DNA of 61,899 nt, the filler included, from Sphacelaria rigidula (Eukaryota), in the NCBI GenBank assembly GCA_964200075.2. It is 8 parts of 8 records of this genome, joined end to end, with 100 filler letters (N's around TTAATTAATTAA, not from the genome) between each part and the next. Parts side by side here need not be neighbours in the genome. Positions count along the whole stretch, not along the records: positions 46,502 to 54,150 come from CAXNAA020013933.1; positions 54,251 to 61,899 come from CAXNAA020013934.1; 6 more parts are not named here. The stretch is one strand, 5' to 3'. Each line of letters starts with the position of its first letter. Position 1 is the first letter of the stretch. This document shows, one piece after another, positions 50,829 through 61,899 of the stretch. The notes under the pieces were generated by a model that had not been told where the DNA came from, made no database searches, and was given only the letters and a program-made list of their open reading frames with translations. The position numbers were made by a program, and so were the translations under genes.

Positions 50829-51179
50829 CTCCTCTTCTTCTGATGAGACAGGACACGTGATAATGCCCAGCCGATCCAGCTCCGGCATATCGCAATAAGG
50901 GTCACTGTCCGGACTCCTCTTGCTGAAGGACAGCCCACTATCGGCCATCATCACATGCCGCTGCGAAGACTCATCAGCGGTTATAGGCCGTCCGCTGGAA
51001 GCATGATCAGCGTCACCATCGCCGTATGACTTCGGGGACGCCCGGCCGCCACCATCCCCGGTGCTACTTCCCGTGCCAAAAACATCAATCATGCCACTCT
51101 CGAGGAGGCCAGCTACCACACCTAGCAACGACGAACCCGGCATCGCACCACCGTGGGCGTCTTGCCCGTGCTTACCCAT
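50829..51179 (-). CDS. Putative exon of an unknown, low-complexity protein
   Basis: 117 open codons from ATG (MGKHGQDAHGG...PVSSEEEE) ending exactly at a GAG|gtatgc donor, with coding-like GC content. No convincing downstream exon found. Confidence 0.35.
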
Positions 51180-52639
51180 TTCAGCTCAAAGGCCGTGTCC
51201 GTGTGCATTAGCTGCAGACCACCTCAAAGCAACGGGCCGTTGACTCTGAGATACGAGCGTCTACTCCTCAAAGGGTTTTTCGAAAAGGCGGATGTCTCAA
51301 TGGACACTGTAATGCGTGTTCCTTTTTAACGACCCTCCTCCTCCGTAGGTAGGTCGTAGTAGTCCGGGGTGTCTATAGTGTGTCTCTTGGAGTACTCTGG
51401 AGGTTGTAGGCCTTTGCTGTGAGATGAATCTTGGCTGTCGAATGATTGATAGCAGGGGTGTCTAAGGTATTGTTTACAAGTATCTCATCCTTTCTTTGGT
51501 GTTGGATTTTTGTCGAATTGCGGATATCTCTAGTAATTTTCATAGTTATTTTCACTTGACTTCCTGTAGAGTTGGAAGATACGAGGAATATTCAAGTGGT
51601 TGATAAGTATACATAATATACATACAGTGAGTGTGGGTGTATGCTGGAGCTTTCCATGTGATACCTACGATAATCGGCTCTTGCGCAAACTCCCCAAAGA
51701 TTGCGGGCCAACCGAAATATTGGGACCTCTTGCATCTCTGTTGGCATACACATAGTACCCCCCAGTGTCATGCACAACCCATCATAATTATCATGCAGTA
51801 TATCCAGAAAAGGCGATGCAATAGCGGAGGTGGCTCAAACTCCAGGTTCCCAGTCCATTCAACAGTACTGGCAACAATACCGGGAACCTCAAGTTTGATA
51901 TACCTTTGTTGAGTAAACATTTGTACAACAGTATCGCACATATATCTGTATCACCTCGTGATTTTGCTCGAAAATATTACTTCAAAGGGACGAGTCGGAT
52001 TGAGATTGCGAGCCTCCTGGCTTCGTTATAAAAGTGTCGACCCCCAGTCGCCATTCAAATGAGCCGAACGGTCCCATCAAGAGCTATTTGAGCCACTGTT
52101 GTACTGTTTTGAGTCCTCAAGTTTTTCCGGCTCTTCTTTGTGGAGCATCAAAAATATTATGCCGTGGTTGATTGCTGGCCTCGACGCAACTTGTCCCGAT
52201 GAGTCGTGAGGGTGGCTTTTTCAGGCTCAACACCAATCAATCGTCACAGCAGCGTCATGACCAGTCAGGGCCAACAGGAATTGCGGCCCTTTCAAACAGG
52301 ACCGAGCGAGGTATTGTACTGTTGTTGTGGGTGCTGCACCGCTCGTACCTTTGCAGGTATTGGCACGTACTTGGCAAGCGATATAACATAGCATCACAAC
52401 CGTCCAGTTCAGTCTATACAGCAGTCCAGTCCAAAAGTGGAGAACGATACTCTACATATATATCACATTCAGTCAGGCAGACCTCATTCACCGGCTCTAT
52501 GTGTGTGTTGACTGAGAGCATGCGTGAGGCAGCCTACGTATTTTTGCCTTCACAGGTAAATTAACAGAGCCCTTCGCCCGGGACGGTAGTCTATCTGAGG
52601 CCGCTCGGCATTTTTTTCCAACTCGAACGGTGAGCCCGT

Positions 52640-53340
52640 GCGGTGGAATTGATTCAGTTGGTTTTGCTTTGTGTGTAGGTCCTGAAGCCATCTGAGAATA
52701 GTAAATACCGTGGACGAATCCGATACGACCTCGTAGCGACCAATTCGATTCGACCGCATTTTTTCGAGTCGACTTTTTTCGTGAGACACGGCATATTTTT
52801 GACCCTGCCCGTCGCGCGCAACCTAACAGATGATGAACTTGAAGCCATTTGAGAACACAAATATTGTGGACGTATCTGATACGGCCTCGTAGCGACCAAT
52901 TCGATTCGACCGCATGTTGTCGAGTTGAATTTTTTTATTAGACACGGCCTGAGGCCGTGTCTTAGGACCTGTCTTGGCATTTTTTTTTCGATCCAACATG
53001 TGGGGTGGAAAACAAAAATCCTGATCTGGTAGGTCATGATTTCAACCATCTTCAAAGTAAACGACGATGGTTGAAATGGCGACCTATCAGATCAGGATTT
53101 TTGTTTTCCACAGCACTTTTTCGATCGAAAGCCCATATTATGCTAAGACATCCCCTTATCAAATCGTTTTCGACTCGAATACGTACGGTGGAATCGAATT
53201 TGCTCTTACCTGGTACGTCCACGGCATCCATGTTCTCAACCATCTGAAAAAATATGTCGCGTGGGCGAATCAGAAACGAGGGAATCCGATTCGACCGCAC
53301 GTTTTCGACACGAAAACAATTTGATAAGCTAGACACGGCC
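52640..53340. repeat. Composite repeat with TCGACCGCA/TCGATCGAAA motifs, an internal direct repeat and a hairpin
   Basis: Direct repeat at ~52684-52792 and ~52841-52948; ~46-bp-arm inverted repeat at 53005-53111; related pieces at ~31310-31495 and ~61245-61440. Confidence 0.6.
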
Positions 53341-54070
53341 TGAATCATGCAGGCTCTCTTGAAGTGAAAATTGATGCCAATTTAACGGATGACGACCTCT
53401 TGCCGTCTCTGGAAGGGTCAATGCAATTTTGTGTTCAGACCCCACCGGTCCGGCCGGTATTTTACATCCATCTGCGCACAACAGAACTGGCACATAGCGC
53501 TCGCGCAGTACACGGCTTTCAGGCAGCCGACCCAGCTACTACTGTGCGCAGAATTAGATAGTTTGTGGTGAACACATACCCCACGGACAGTATAATATAA
53601 TGTACACTGTACCCAACATAGACAGTATTGTAAGTACTAGAATTGACCATACGGTGTACGAGCTGGGCCAGCAGTAAATCCCGCATTCGCTTCCCACACC
53701 ACAACCTCTCAATCTTTCCAAATCAGCGCGACTTGAGCATATCGCTGTGAAGTGCAGACCAACCTGGTAACACATGGCACCGCCGCTGAATAAATAAAAA
53801 AAATGAAGAAAGTCTACTGCACAATAAATCACCTTGACGACGGACGAAAAAAAAAGAGCATAATATTTCGGGATTCGAACTCATCACCTCCATAATTGGG
53901 GTCTCCTGTATCACTTGAATTAAAGGGGCGCGGCCGTGCCACACGCAAAGTGTGATGCCGCGCCCAATTTGAGGTATTTTTGGCCGAAACTTTACCAGAG
54001 TGTCGTTGCCGCGAGTGCCCGTATATGTTGGAGCGTTGTCGTCGTTTTTATCGATTTTAAAGAAAGTCAA

Positions 54071-54150
54071 GAGTGATGCTACGGTAGGGGTGCACAAATA
54101 TTTTCTGAGGTTAGAATTGTTAGGAGCCCTTTATCTCATCCAAAACGCGA
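54071..54150 (+). mobile_element. 5' end of the same Sola2-like MITE family, cut by the contig end
   Basis: GAGTGATGCTACGGTAGGGGTGCAC...TAGGAGCCC aligns with the first ~60 bp of 22284-22536. Confidence 0.55.
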
Positions 54151-54470
54151 NNNNNNNNNNNNNNNNNNNNNNNNNNNNNNNNNNNNNNNNNNNNTTAATT
54201 AATTAANNNNNNNNNNNNNNNNNNNNNNNNNNNNNNNNNNNNNNNNNNNNCGGAGCACCGTTCCTACTCCTAATAGAGACACCTCCAACATTCTGGCGTT
54301 CATGGAGGGTGGGGGGGGGGAGGGGGGGAGCCTCATCGCACACCCCTTACTAGTGTATTGCGACTTGATCAACCGCCTTACCCTACGATACCGCATTTCT
54401 TCGCCCCGGTTTTTGTTACTACTCTCGTACCCACCCCTCATCCTGCTTGGGTGAGGGAGTACGGACACAC

Positions 54471-57400
54471 CTGACCAAGCTGGCTGTGGGTCCTCGAGGC
54501 ATAGATTATGACAGATGGTGTTGTTGTGGGGAAGGTTCCCGGGACCTGCGGCTGCTGCAGCTCCGGCGGGCGAGGCTTGGATATGTCGGTCACCGTGTCC
54601 TTCTCGTAAGCGAGCGTTGTAGACTGTACCTTGGCGTTTTTCTTCGCACGTTTGTTGTTGTTTGTTGTTTATATGGAGGGGGGGGGGGGGGATAACTAAG
54701 GGGTATCGAAGCACGGCGACACGAGGATGATGAAAAAAAACGAACGTGTAACCATTTGACCGGCTAGTTTTTTTTAGGGTAGCTCCCTACTGAGCTATGA
54801 GAGCATCATATGTTTGCCGCGGGTGGGCTACCAACCCGTAGCTCACATGTACACGTATGACTACAAGTGAGCTACAGCCCGTCGGGGAGGTATTTCGCGA
54901 CCTCTAGGGTCTTAGCACAGATATTCGTAGCGCGTTTTTTAGAGGGGGGGAGGGGAGAGAAGAATGGAAAGGGCGGGGAGGAGGAAAACAAGAAGTATGG
55001 GGGTAATGGAACGAAGCAGCTAAAATGAGAAAAGGTGGTGAGCCATCCTTGCGCGACGAGGTATTGAGGCATTTTGTTAATTTCTTACTTCTTCAGGAAT
55101 AGCTTTGGCGCACGAAAGCTCGAGTCAAGGAAATCCGCAGGGGTGGGCCACACATGGCGATCACAATTCGTCCTGCTTTCACAAATCGAATGGGGGTTTT
55201 GAGTACAACTGCTGGTAGAAGTCAAGGGAAATATTTTATCACGAAGGAAAAGTCCACGTGTGTCGGAACGTCGCGATTTGAGAGCGATTACCATGAGCTC
55301 TCGAACGTGTTTTTGTGCACAACTGCATGCAAGCACCAGCTTGTAGACCTACAACTGAACTAGTTGTACGGTTGGAAAGTAGCACACGTCGGACAGATCA
55401 TGATCCCTCAGAAAATTACCTATTCTCAGTATACTTATCCAGATCATGATTCGGATCATTGAACCCCCCTTTTCCATGTTTGCTCCTCACAGCGCCGAAC
55501 TCTGAGCATGCCGAGTAGTGCAAAGGTTGCGCTTTGGCTGTACCGACTCCGCGGTCGCATATTCTGTATTTTGACGGACTCGAGAGTAAACTTCCATTTG
55601 ATGTTTCAGATAGATCATGATTTGTTCGACGTGTGTAAAGTAGCAGGGTGTATCCCATCGAGTTCGATTCATAGCGCCCGCGCTTGTTATAATACCTGAG
55701 AAGCGATGGCATTGCGCTGTTGCCACGCCAACGAAGCGCAGAGCAGGCACAGAGTCTTGCCCGTACCTGTGGGACTCTCCAGCAGAGCATTCGTCTGGAA
55801 CAACAAAAGAGAAGGCGACACAATAAAAAGGCAAGCACCGCAGAAGGGAGGTGAGGTACTAAAAAGAAAAAAAAAGAAAAAGCCCCTGTTTTGACCTTCC
55901 TCCTGTGTGACCTCGACTGGTGCGCCCACATATACCGAAAGGTGTAGACCAGCGTCCAGAATAGATGGGACGGCAACACACGACAACACAGGGGAGATTA
56001 CGGGTTCTCTGCGATACCCAATCCACCACTAAACATCCCCACCCAGTGACTTAGAGAGTGAGGCGATGATTTTTACTGTAGTCCTTGCGTGCAAGCACAC
56101 CATTGCTTTTGACTCGAGCCACGTTTCACATACCGGTGCAGCAGTGACATGGCCGCGTACTGCTTTGTATGGTGAGCAGTTCATCACAAATTTGGCATAG
56201 TCGCCCAGTATGGGGGCACTTCCACCTTGGTCCAGAGGCACCTCCACCTTGGTCTCTACCCATATATCCGATCGGACTACCCAGCCTGAGGGCTGGGTAC
56301 GTACGGCGAGTGGAGTGCACTCGAATACACTGCACGAAACTAGAAATATCGAAGTGCATGGTGCAAGGAATTCATGCAAGGAATATGCTGTATGAGAGTA
56401 AAAAATGTGTGCTTTTGATCGATTTGAACCTTGTAGTCCCATGTGAAATGGTTCAAGCACATGTATGCACCACCTGTATACTCACAGGATACTGCCACTA
56501 CGTTGGGGTGATATTGGCAGCACCGTCATTTAAATGAATGATAGGCTGCCGCAGTGGTAGTACCGTGAGGATTATTGGGACAATTCGAGAGTGAAAGAAG
56601 GCAAAATGTCGAGATGTTGAAAACTCGGCGTACATTCGCCCCAGTGATTGTGCACGGCAATGGATTTGCTCCCCTCAACAACTGCTGTGCTGCTGAGAGG
56701 TGCAAACGTCACGTCATGCTCACTTATGCTGGCCGGAACAGTTTGCACTCGGGGTACATGCAGTTCGTAGTGCACAATGATTGTTTGAGACGGTCGGACG
56801 GATAACGACTCGTCTGGAACTTAATCGCTCCTACAGTAGTGTAATTTTTTTCGTACCGTAGGAATCAATCCGTGGGCTTTTATTTTTCGGCGTTGCACCC
56901 AAGGGACGTGGAATAATAGCGCAAACACTGGGTCGAGACTTTTTTGACCCGCGGTCAACTTTCCCTCTGTCTTTCGAGCAATCAGGCCTCAGAAGGTTTA
57001 GGTGTGGTGATTCGTTGCGATGATCCCGTCCGAGTCTTGAATGTTTTCGCACGATGTGCGCTTCGATACTGGGCAAGTTTTTTGTTCTTGTTTTCATGAG
57101 AACGCCCCCCCCCAGGAGACAGGAAGGAACACGCTAGAAGGATTTCAGCATGCCTACGGTCGTTCATGGTGTGTGCAGTTTGACTTGCTGTTGCTGTTGT
57201 CGTTGTTACCTTTACATTACAAACCATTCGGGCTATCTACGCAGTCCTTCTATTTCGGTGCTGAGCATCTGATGCGAACGTCTTCCGCGATCACGGGCTA
57301 ACTATCCAAAAATAAGATGGGGGGCGTACTCATTTGTTGCTTGCCTTAGTCATTTGACCATTGACCACGCATCCCTTTCGAGACGCAGCACCGCTCCTAC

Positions 57401-59977
57401 TCCACCTCCAACATTCTGGCGCTCATTACTTTCCTTCCGTAGCTCATTACGTTTCTTCCATACATTACACAAGAAAAAATAAGATGGGGGGAAATTGAAG
57501 AGAAAAAAAGACAGCCCAGATAATTTCACACATATGCAATACAAATAAATAAAAACTGCGAACTTCAAAAGATGCAGTGCCGCAGGCAACCATTCGGACT
57601 ACTGGAGGTAACGCCCGACGTTCCCGCTCGTCACGCGAAGCCAAACAGAAAAGGAGCTAAAGTCAGGAACCAAAAATCACCAACCATAACAGTAAGAATC
57701 GCACGGTTATATCCTTGTACCTCCACTAAACTGAAGCAGTGGTGTCTTATCCGCCGGGGGTTGCGACTGTGTTCGAAAGGCAAAAAGCCAAGAGGATCGT
57801 GTACTTTTTGTACAAATCGTCCCGATTCACGGGAATGAATGCAAGATCTGCTCTTTTGATCAATTTGTTCCATAACGATGCAAAGTTTTCACTTCTCTTA
57901 GCCAGAGACGAAGTGCACACACCAAAAATCGCAAACGTGTGCCAGAATCATCTCAGATAGTAGAGCAAGTCGTTCCGAGGTGACACAACCCGCCTGGCCA
58001 TCTGTTCGCGCGAGAGACGCTGCCGAAGCGTCAAAATATGCACTATTGATCGAGTTGCACTTCTTGCCTCCCAAAACAAGCTATTGCATTTTTTTAAAGT
58101 AAGGAAATATGCCACTTTTGGTATACCGTTGTGCTCAATCAACGAACCTCCCTACGCTGCGGATAACTAAACACTGCTAACCACGACCGGAGCTCTACAC
58201 TTTACCCCCGACAGACAACCCCAACGCGCTACGTCAACATTATCGCAGGAAAACAACAGGGACGTGCGCTTGCAATCACGCAGGATCATGTCACAGCACC
58301 AGTCTCCAACGAGACCATCGCGGCTCGGTTTTGTTCAGCAAATTATAGCACTAAGTGAAGGCGATGATAAGTTTCACTTAAAAAAGCATGTCTTCGACGT
58401 CATCCTTCATACTCTCCGTATAACGGAGCTGTGCGCGGCCCCACGAGGTCTTGTGTCGCATTGTGAGCGGTTTTTGCTTCTTCTCTTCAGGTGTACGTGC
58501 GCGAGTAATCTTTGCACCGGAAGACTGACAGCCGCCTCAGCACTCGACGTACCGGTCGGCAATAGACTGTACACATCGCTGTATGCTTAGTGTTTCGCCA
58601 ACCAGCACACAGTCCAAGGGTAAATGAGTATGGTGGATGGCGAAAGTATAATAGCCCTTAGCGCTCTGAGCGCGACGCGGCATTTGGAATAAGATCGCTG
58701 TCTGACAATCTCGGCGAAAATTGGGAGGGGGCTCGGGGGGTGGTATGCGAGGCATGTCGAACTCAAGATATATCACGAGGTAATGTATCTGACACCACGA
58801 CAGACCCACGTTGGCCACCCACTTGTTGCCAGACAAGGTCGTACATATACGTTTGGGCTACCGTGGGAACCGAGCAAAGAGTTATGACGTACGTCCGGTG
58901 TCACAATTGCCTAGTGTCCCGGTGCAGCCGCTAGATAGTTTGTGAGGGCATGGCCTCGTGCGTAGAGAATGTGTACAGCAGTAACCGTGCAGTTGCAGGG
59001 TGTGCTATGGCGTGGGTGGGCCGTTGGCCGGGTATAACGGGATGGAATGGTGGCTGTATGACGGGCGCAGCGTATCTCGTGATCATCGCGTGAACAACTT
59101 TGATGTAGGAGGTGGTATTTTCCGTTGTTTTGCTAATGTCCACCGTATTTTCCACACCCTGGACAAAATTTTGCAGTGTCGAAAAAAGTACTGTGTGCCT
59201 TACAGAATATTTTGTATATTGCAATAGACGCACTAGTCGATACCGTACGCAGTACACTTTTTGACATGTTGAAGTGTCCAGGGTGTGGTATTTTCTCATT
59301 GTGCGCCCGTAAAAGTGTTCCCGATCAAAACCGCGCAAAACTACTGAATCTGCGCGGAATCTTGACGGAATCAAACCCGCCGCTAACTCTCGTTGGTCCA
59401 ACTTGTTTTGATCAGGCACGCCCTGATGCCCTGATCCAAGTCTGTACTGTATAGCAGCCACCCGACTCAAGTTCTCGGAAAACAACCCAGATAGATAGCC
59501 ACACCGCGGGAGTTTGTATTGTTGGGAAAAATAGTTGAAAAAACTGCGATGAAGGGCATCTTCCGCGAGTTCAAGGTCTCGCTCCTTGAAAAATAGGCTG
59601 AAAGCTTGAACGGTTGCCCCGCGGTAGGGGGTGTTATGTTCCGTGATCGATACCGACGTTTCTTCAAACGCGGTTATCTCGACTAACACACGTTGTCCCT
59701 GAAGACAGCAGTGTGTCAATCGACAGACACGTGTCGGTATTACCCGACGAAACACCTTCGTATCATCATTGGCACCAGATGCTTGCGTTGTTGTTGAAAA
59801 ATGACAACACCGCCGAACCGAACATTTTCAAATTTGCAGACGTGTGTGTTTGGTCGCTTGTAGCAGTCTCACCGATCCGTCCAGAGCCGCGAGCACGCCC
59901 CGCATGTAGGTAAGCTGGCAGTCATATGGCTTGAAGGGGAAGGCTACGGGGGTGCCATTGATATCGACCGTGGGCAT
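54471..59977 (-). CDS. RTEL1: Regulator of telomere elongation helicase 1 (XPD/DinG-family Fe-S helicase), exons 1-3, 3'-truncated at the contig end
   Basis: Exon 1 59977-59873 ([35 protein letters not shown]); exon 2 55794-55696 ([25 protein letters not shown], Walker A); exon 3 54629/54623-54471 (...[13 protein letters not shown], motif Ia). All junctions are phase 0 [12 protein letters not shown] and [11 protein letters not shown] fit RTEL1 better than FANCJ. Confidence 0.9.
55820..55990 (+). mobile_element. 3' half of the tRNA-derived SINE, antisense in RTEL1 intron 1
   Basis: AAAAGGCAAGCACCGCAGAAG...TTGACCTTCCTCCTGTGTGACC...GCGTCCAGAATAGATGGGACGG matches the other copies. Confidence 0.7.
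57325..57474 (-). mobile_element. 3' fragment of the same LINE family in RTEL1 intron 1, with a 17-bp TSD
   Basis: The reverse complement matches the LINE 3' end. Flanked by AAAAATAAGATGGGGGG at 57308-57324 and 57475-57491. Confidence 0.8.
57780..58100 (-). mobile_element. Possible highly decayed hAT transposase C-terminal fragment
   Basis: LFWEAR...[10 protein letters not shown]...FGVCTSS...ENFASL loosely resembles the hAT dimerisation domain (FW...L..LA...TS...ERNFS); contains stops and frameshifts. Confidence 0.3.
59153..59288. mobile_element. Small MITE with CACACCCTGGA TIRs
   Basis: CCACACCCTGGACA...TGTCCAGGGTGTGG. Related copies at 10847-10993 and 12193-12337 share the internal AAAAAGTG(T/G)ACTGCGTAC. 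Confidence 0.65.
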
Positions 59978-60457
59978 TGCATTCACCGGATAACAGCTGT
60001 CTGTTGTAGGTTACGTACCACAGCAGACACCGCGCGGGGTGCGCGGGACTGTCAACTTTCAGATTTGTACTTTAGGTTTTCACTCGAACAGGCGTGATTC
60101 ATGGGGCATATCTCTGTAGAGCCAGTATACATGTACATGTTACATCCTGGCGTCCCATGCATGCCATGCTCGTAATTATTCATAAAATCCTCCTTGGGGC
60201 TTATTGAGAGGTTTCCTTCTAGCTTTATACGATAGTATACAGTCGTGAATTCCGTATTGTGCTCGTGTTGCCAAACATCTAAAAAAGAAAGATTGTACGC
60301 GCACCGCGGCGTAATTCAGAATATTACTGCGATGGGATGGGGAGCAAAAACAAACGATAATACCAATTTCAGAACAGATACAAATATATAAATACAACAG
60401 GGTGTGGATGAAAGAAAAATGGTTCAGGTACAACAGTACAGCGAAGCATCAACACGA

Positions 60458-60814
60458 ATGATACCAACAATGCGTGTGCTACTGCGCGGAGCGTTACTAC
60501 TACTCCTGTCATCCCGCCAAACCCATGCGTTCGTTCAAGCCTTATCCATCAACAAGGATATTGGCGACAAAAGCGCACAACAACATGAGCCACGCTTTGA
60601 GATGTTGCCCGCAGCAACAGCCTCACGGACACATGAGGACCGTATCTTGTCATCAGTTTTGGCAACAGCAACAGCCCACGAGGGCGTCGTATCTCGCGCA
60701 GATATGGTCGCAATTTCGATGCGTGCGGTTTCAGTGGGAGCCACGACGGCCGCCTTGAACGTCATGATTTCGCACCCCTGCGAGGCAGCAGCCGCGAGGA
60801 GCAACGAAGAGTTG
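60458..60814 (+). CDS. First exon of a nucleus-encoded, plastid-targeted (possibly thylakoid lumen) protein
   Basis: ATG at 60458 or 60470. Signal peptide MRVLLRGALLLLLSSRQTHA followed by F at +1 (ASAFAP-like), then an S/T/A-rich transit region, then SRADMV plus a hydrophobic stretch and an A-rich cleavage-like site. Ends at the donor TTG|gtgagc (60815). Confidence 0.7.
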
Positions 60815-61442
60815 GTGAGCGCACATTTAATCAGCAGCATGGTGACATAGTAGTCTTGGTTCAGTATAGTAAGTCCTGTTCACATGAAACAGCTTGTAAC
60901 AACGGCAACACGCTTCACTACAACAGCCGCTGTAACGGACAGTAAAACGAACAGCCCCTACTACTGCTGCATTTTATCTGTCAGCTGGTTGATTTCACAA
61001 GAGTACACTACAAGAACTGGAGCAGAGCGCTGTGGATGACATGCCGGGAGAAAAATAACGAAGAAGAGTTGATGAGGGTACAGTAGCGTCCGTTGTACAT
61101 GATTGTACACTGTACACCATACTCGTTAAAAACAATGCGTAGCGGGCTTAGTCTACGGCATGTTCTGTGCAACGGCCACCGTTGTAACGGTAAGTTCAAC
61201 TACGAGCAGTCTCTCCCACGTTTTGCTTGTCATTAGGACATAATTTTTCGATCGAATTGGCGCAGTAAAGAGGATAATCCCGATCTGGTAGGTGGTGATT
61301 TCAACTATAATTGCCTTTCATGTTAAGATCACCCCTGATAAGAGGTATCTCAAACTCGAGGTTCCCGGTATATCGTATTTAGATCGGTTTTTTTTTTCCG
61401 CCGGACTTTTTTGGTCGAAAAATGATGTGATACGACCGAACA

Positions 61443-61740
61443 CTGTGGTGGCTCAGTTGGTAACCTCAAAACCTTCTGACGGCTGAGTCGTGGGTTCAAA
61501 TCTCGGAGCGGTATGGGATGTTTTCTCACGCCATGCCCTACAGTGGAAGGCGACTATGTCGTGATTACACAAAAGGCGAAGCAACGGTCGACGAGGGAAA
61601 GAGACTGCTGAACCCCTCTCGCGAAAAAAAAAGAAAGGCAAGCACCGCACAAGAAAGTTGAAGTACGTGAACAAACAAACGAAAAAGAAATGCCCACGTT
61701 GCACTCCCTCCTGTGTGACCCCAAGTGATGTGCGCACATG
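61443..61740 (+). mobile_element. tRNA-derived SINE copy
   Basis: GTGGCTCAGTTGGTAACCTCAAAACCTTCTGACGG head plus the family body. Confidence 0.75.
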
Positions 61741-61899
61741 TAACGGCGAATCCTGAAAAATGGGGTCCATCTCAAAAATGAGGTCCAAGCGGCATTTCTT
61801 TTTTGCAGGGATGACGCGAAACACCAACGACCGAGCGAAGCCATCTTCCCCCCCAAATGTCCGCAGCAGTTAGGCAGCTGTGGCTAGGTGCACCTAACG

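Noticed and set aside
46502..54150. Continuation of RTEL1 exons across the linker
   Set aside because: I found no following helicase motifs, and the segment is an unrelated contig.
58931..59755. Longest ORF in the track (274 aa, minus strand)
   Set aside because: It lies in RTEL1 intron 1, runs through a MITE and has no recognisable motif; it is likely a chance ORF.

Overview
This is eukaryotic, intron-rich and repeat-rich DNA, most likely from a brown alga or another stramenopile. That assignment is inferred from gene structure and a bipartite plastid-targeting signal. The window is not one locus: it consists of eight ~7.65-kb pieces (7651, 7651, 7650, 7650, 7650, 7649, 7649 and 7649 bp) joined by identical 100-bp N44-TTAATTAATTAA-N44 linkers. 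They look like size-sorted, unrelated contigs, so nothing should be inferred across the linkers. Supported genes are: a 5'-truncated, 7-exon COP9 signalosome subunit 5 (CSN5) with a GC-AG intron and an expanded JAMM motif; the first three exons of an RTEL1 helicase, head-to-head with exon 1 of a plastid (possibly thylakoid lumen) targeted protein; and a 4-exon fragment of an unknown gene. The remainder is mostly mobile DNA: a decayed Ty3/Gypsy integrase with a chromodomain-like tail and a nested Sola2-like MITE, a decayed LINE and its 3' fragments, a tRNA-derived SINE family, a Stowaway/mariner-like element, an LTR remnant, several small MITEs, hairpins and degenerate minisatellites. The most interesting signals are a non-LTR element family whose 17-bp target-site duplications start in C-runs and which has no poly(A) tail, and a nested palindrome-within-TIR element built from tRNA-like heads. 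I found no clearly novel multi-gene system.
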